DNA of 36,229 nt, taken from positions 1-36,229 of IMG/VR virus record IMGVR_UViG_3300030376_004563; one strand, given 5' to 3'. The stretch comes from a virus. Taxonomy: Duplodnaviria > Caudoviricetes. Below, in pieces: positions 35,917 through 36,229 of the stretch (its first letter is position 1; each line of letters begins with the position of its first letter). The position numbers were made by a program, and so were the translations under genes. A model generated the notes under the pieces. That model searched no databases, was not told the origin of the DNA, and saw only the letters and a list, made by a program, of their open reading frames with translations.

Positions 35917-36087
35917 ATGCCTATACACAAGAAAATAATAAGGATAAACAAAGAGAAATACGAAGAACTCAAAAAGAACTTCAGTACTATTTTTGATCTA
36001 TATATAAGTGATAACGATTATTACGTTATAGGTACAGTAGAAGAGCTTAGGGCTGTGGGGATTGACGGGAACGTTCCTTTTGTTTAA
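35917..36087 (+). CDS. Small hypothetical protein, 56 aa
   Basis: Not in the ORF track. The ATG is 1 nt after the previous stop and reads MPIHKKIIRINKEKYEELKKNFSTIFDLYISDNDYYVIGTVEELRAVGIDGNVPFV*. Confidence 0.55.
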   Translation: MPIHKKIIRINKEKYEELKKNFSTIFDLYISDNDYYVIGTVEELRAVGIDGNVPFV

Positions 36088-36196
36088 AAGGACAATGCCT
36101 GCAGTTGTTACCACAGCAATGCCCCCTTTTACGGTGGTATGCTGCAGTAAAAACTACATTTCCTTTTTCAAAATAATAATACTTACTTGACTTCAC
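36047..36196 (-). CDS. DUF5522-like (C1orf53-like) small Cys/His-rich, probable metal-binding protein, 49 aa
   Basis: Not in the ORF track. From a GTG at 36196 it reads MKSSKYYYFEKGNVVFTAAYHRKRGHCCGNNCRHCPFKQKERSRQSPQP*, matching the YY-x-E-x-G-x-x-VFT-x-x-YH-x-x-RG-x-CCG-x-x-CRHCP[YF] signature. Confidence 0.8.
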   Translation of the reverse strand: MKSSKYYYFEKGNVVFTAAYHRKRGHCCGNNCRHCPFKQKERSRQSPQP

Positions 36197-36229
36197 ATGC
36201 CCCTCCAGCACATGCCAGCTCTCCAGTTA
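36183..36229 (-). CDS. nrdJ: C-terminal end of a class II (adenosylcobalamin-dependent) ribonucleotide reductase, truncated by the window edge
   Basis: The reverse strand reads ...TGELACAGGACEVK*, the CxGGxCE redox-active tail typical of monomeric class II RNRs. Only 14 residues are visible. Confidence 0.72.
   Translation of the reverse strand, partial: TGELACAGGACEVK

Noticed and set aside
36086-36182. tRNA or cobalamin riboswitch in the relatively GC-rich end region
   Set aside because: No cloverleaf, T-loop or B12-box is visible. The region lies downstream of nrdJ and is explained by the DUF5522-like ORF.

Overview
AT-rich phage DNA, almost entirely coding on the + strand, made of two parts that look unrelated. 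Bases 1-~4220 hold the 3' end of a conserved marine-phage tail-region gene, a sigma70-like promoter and a tandem array of seven small 2OG-Fe(II) oxygenase-fold genes, an arrangement typical of marine (pelagiphage-like) phages. From ~4223 onward the window is a crAss-like (Crassvirales-related, probably Bacteroidota-infecting) virion cargo/ejection module. It contains three ~1100-1200 aa cargo-type proteins, a 5069 aa protein (hydrophobic N-terminal region, HExxH zincin domain, single-chain RNA polymerase with RxP and DFDID motifs) and a ~1944 aa protein (degenerate zincin, PD-(D/E)xK nuclease interrupted by a LysM-like insert, helical C-terminus). The seventh oxygenase runs in frame into the first cargo protein just before its expected C-terminus, which is either a chimeric join or a real recombination. 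At the right end two minus-strand genes missed by the ORF track converge on the module: a DUF5522-like Cys/His peptide and the C-terminal tail of a class II ribonucleotide reductase. All family calls come from motif recognition by eye; no searches were run.
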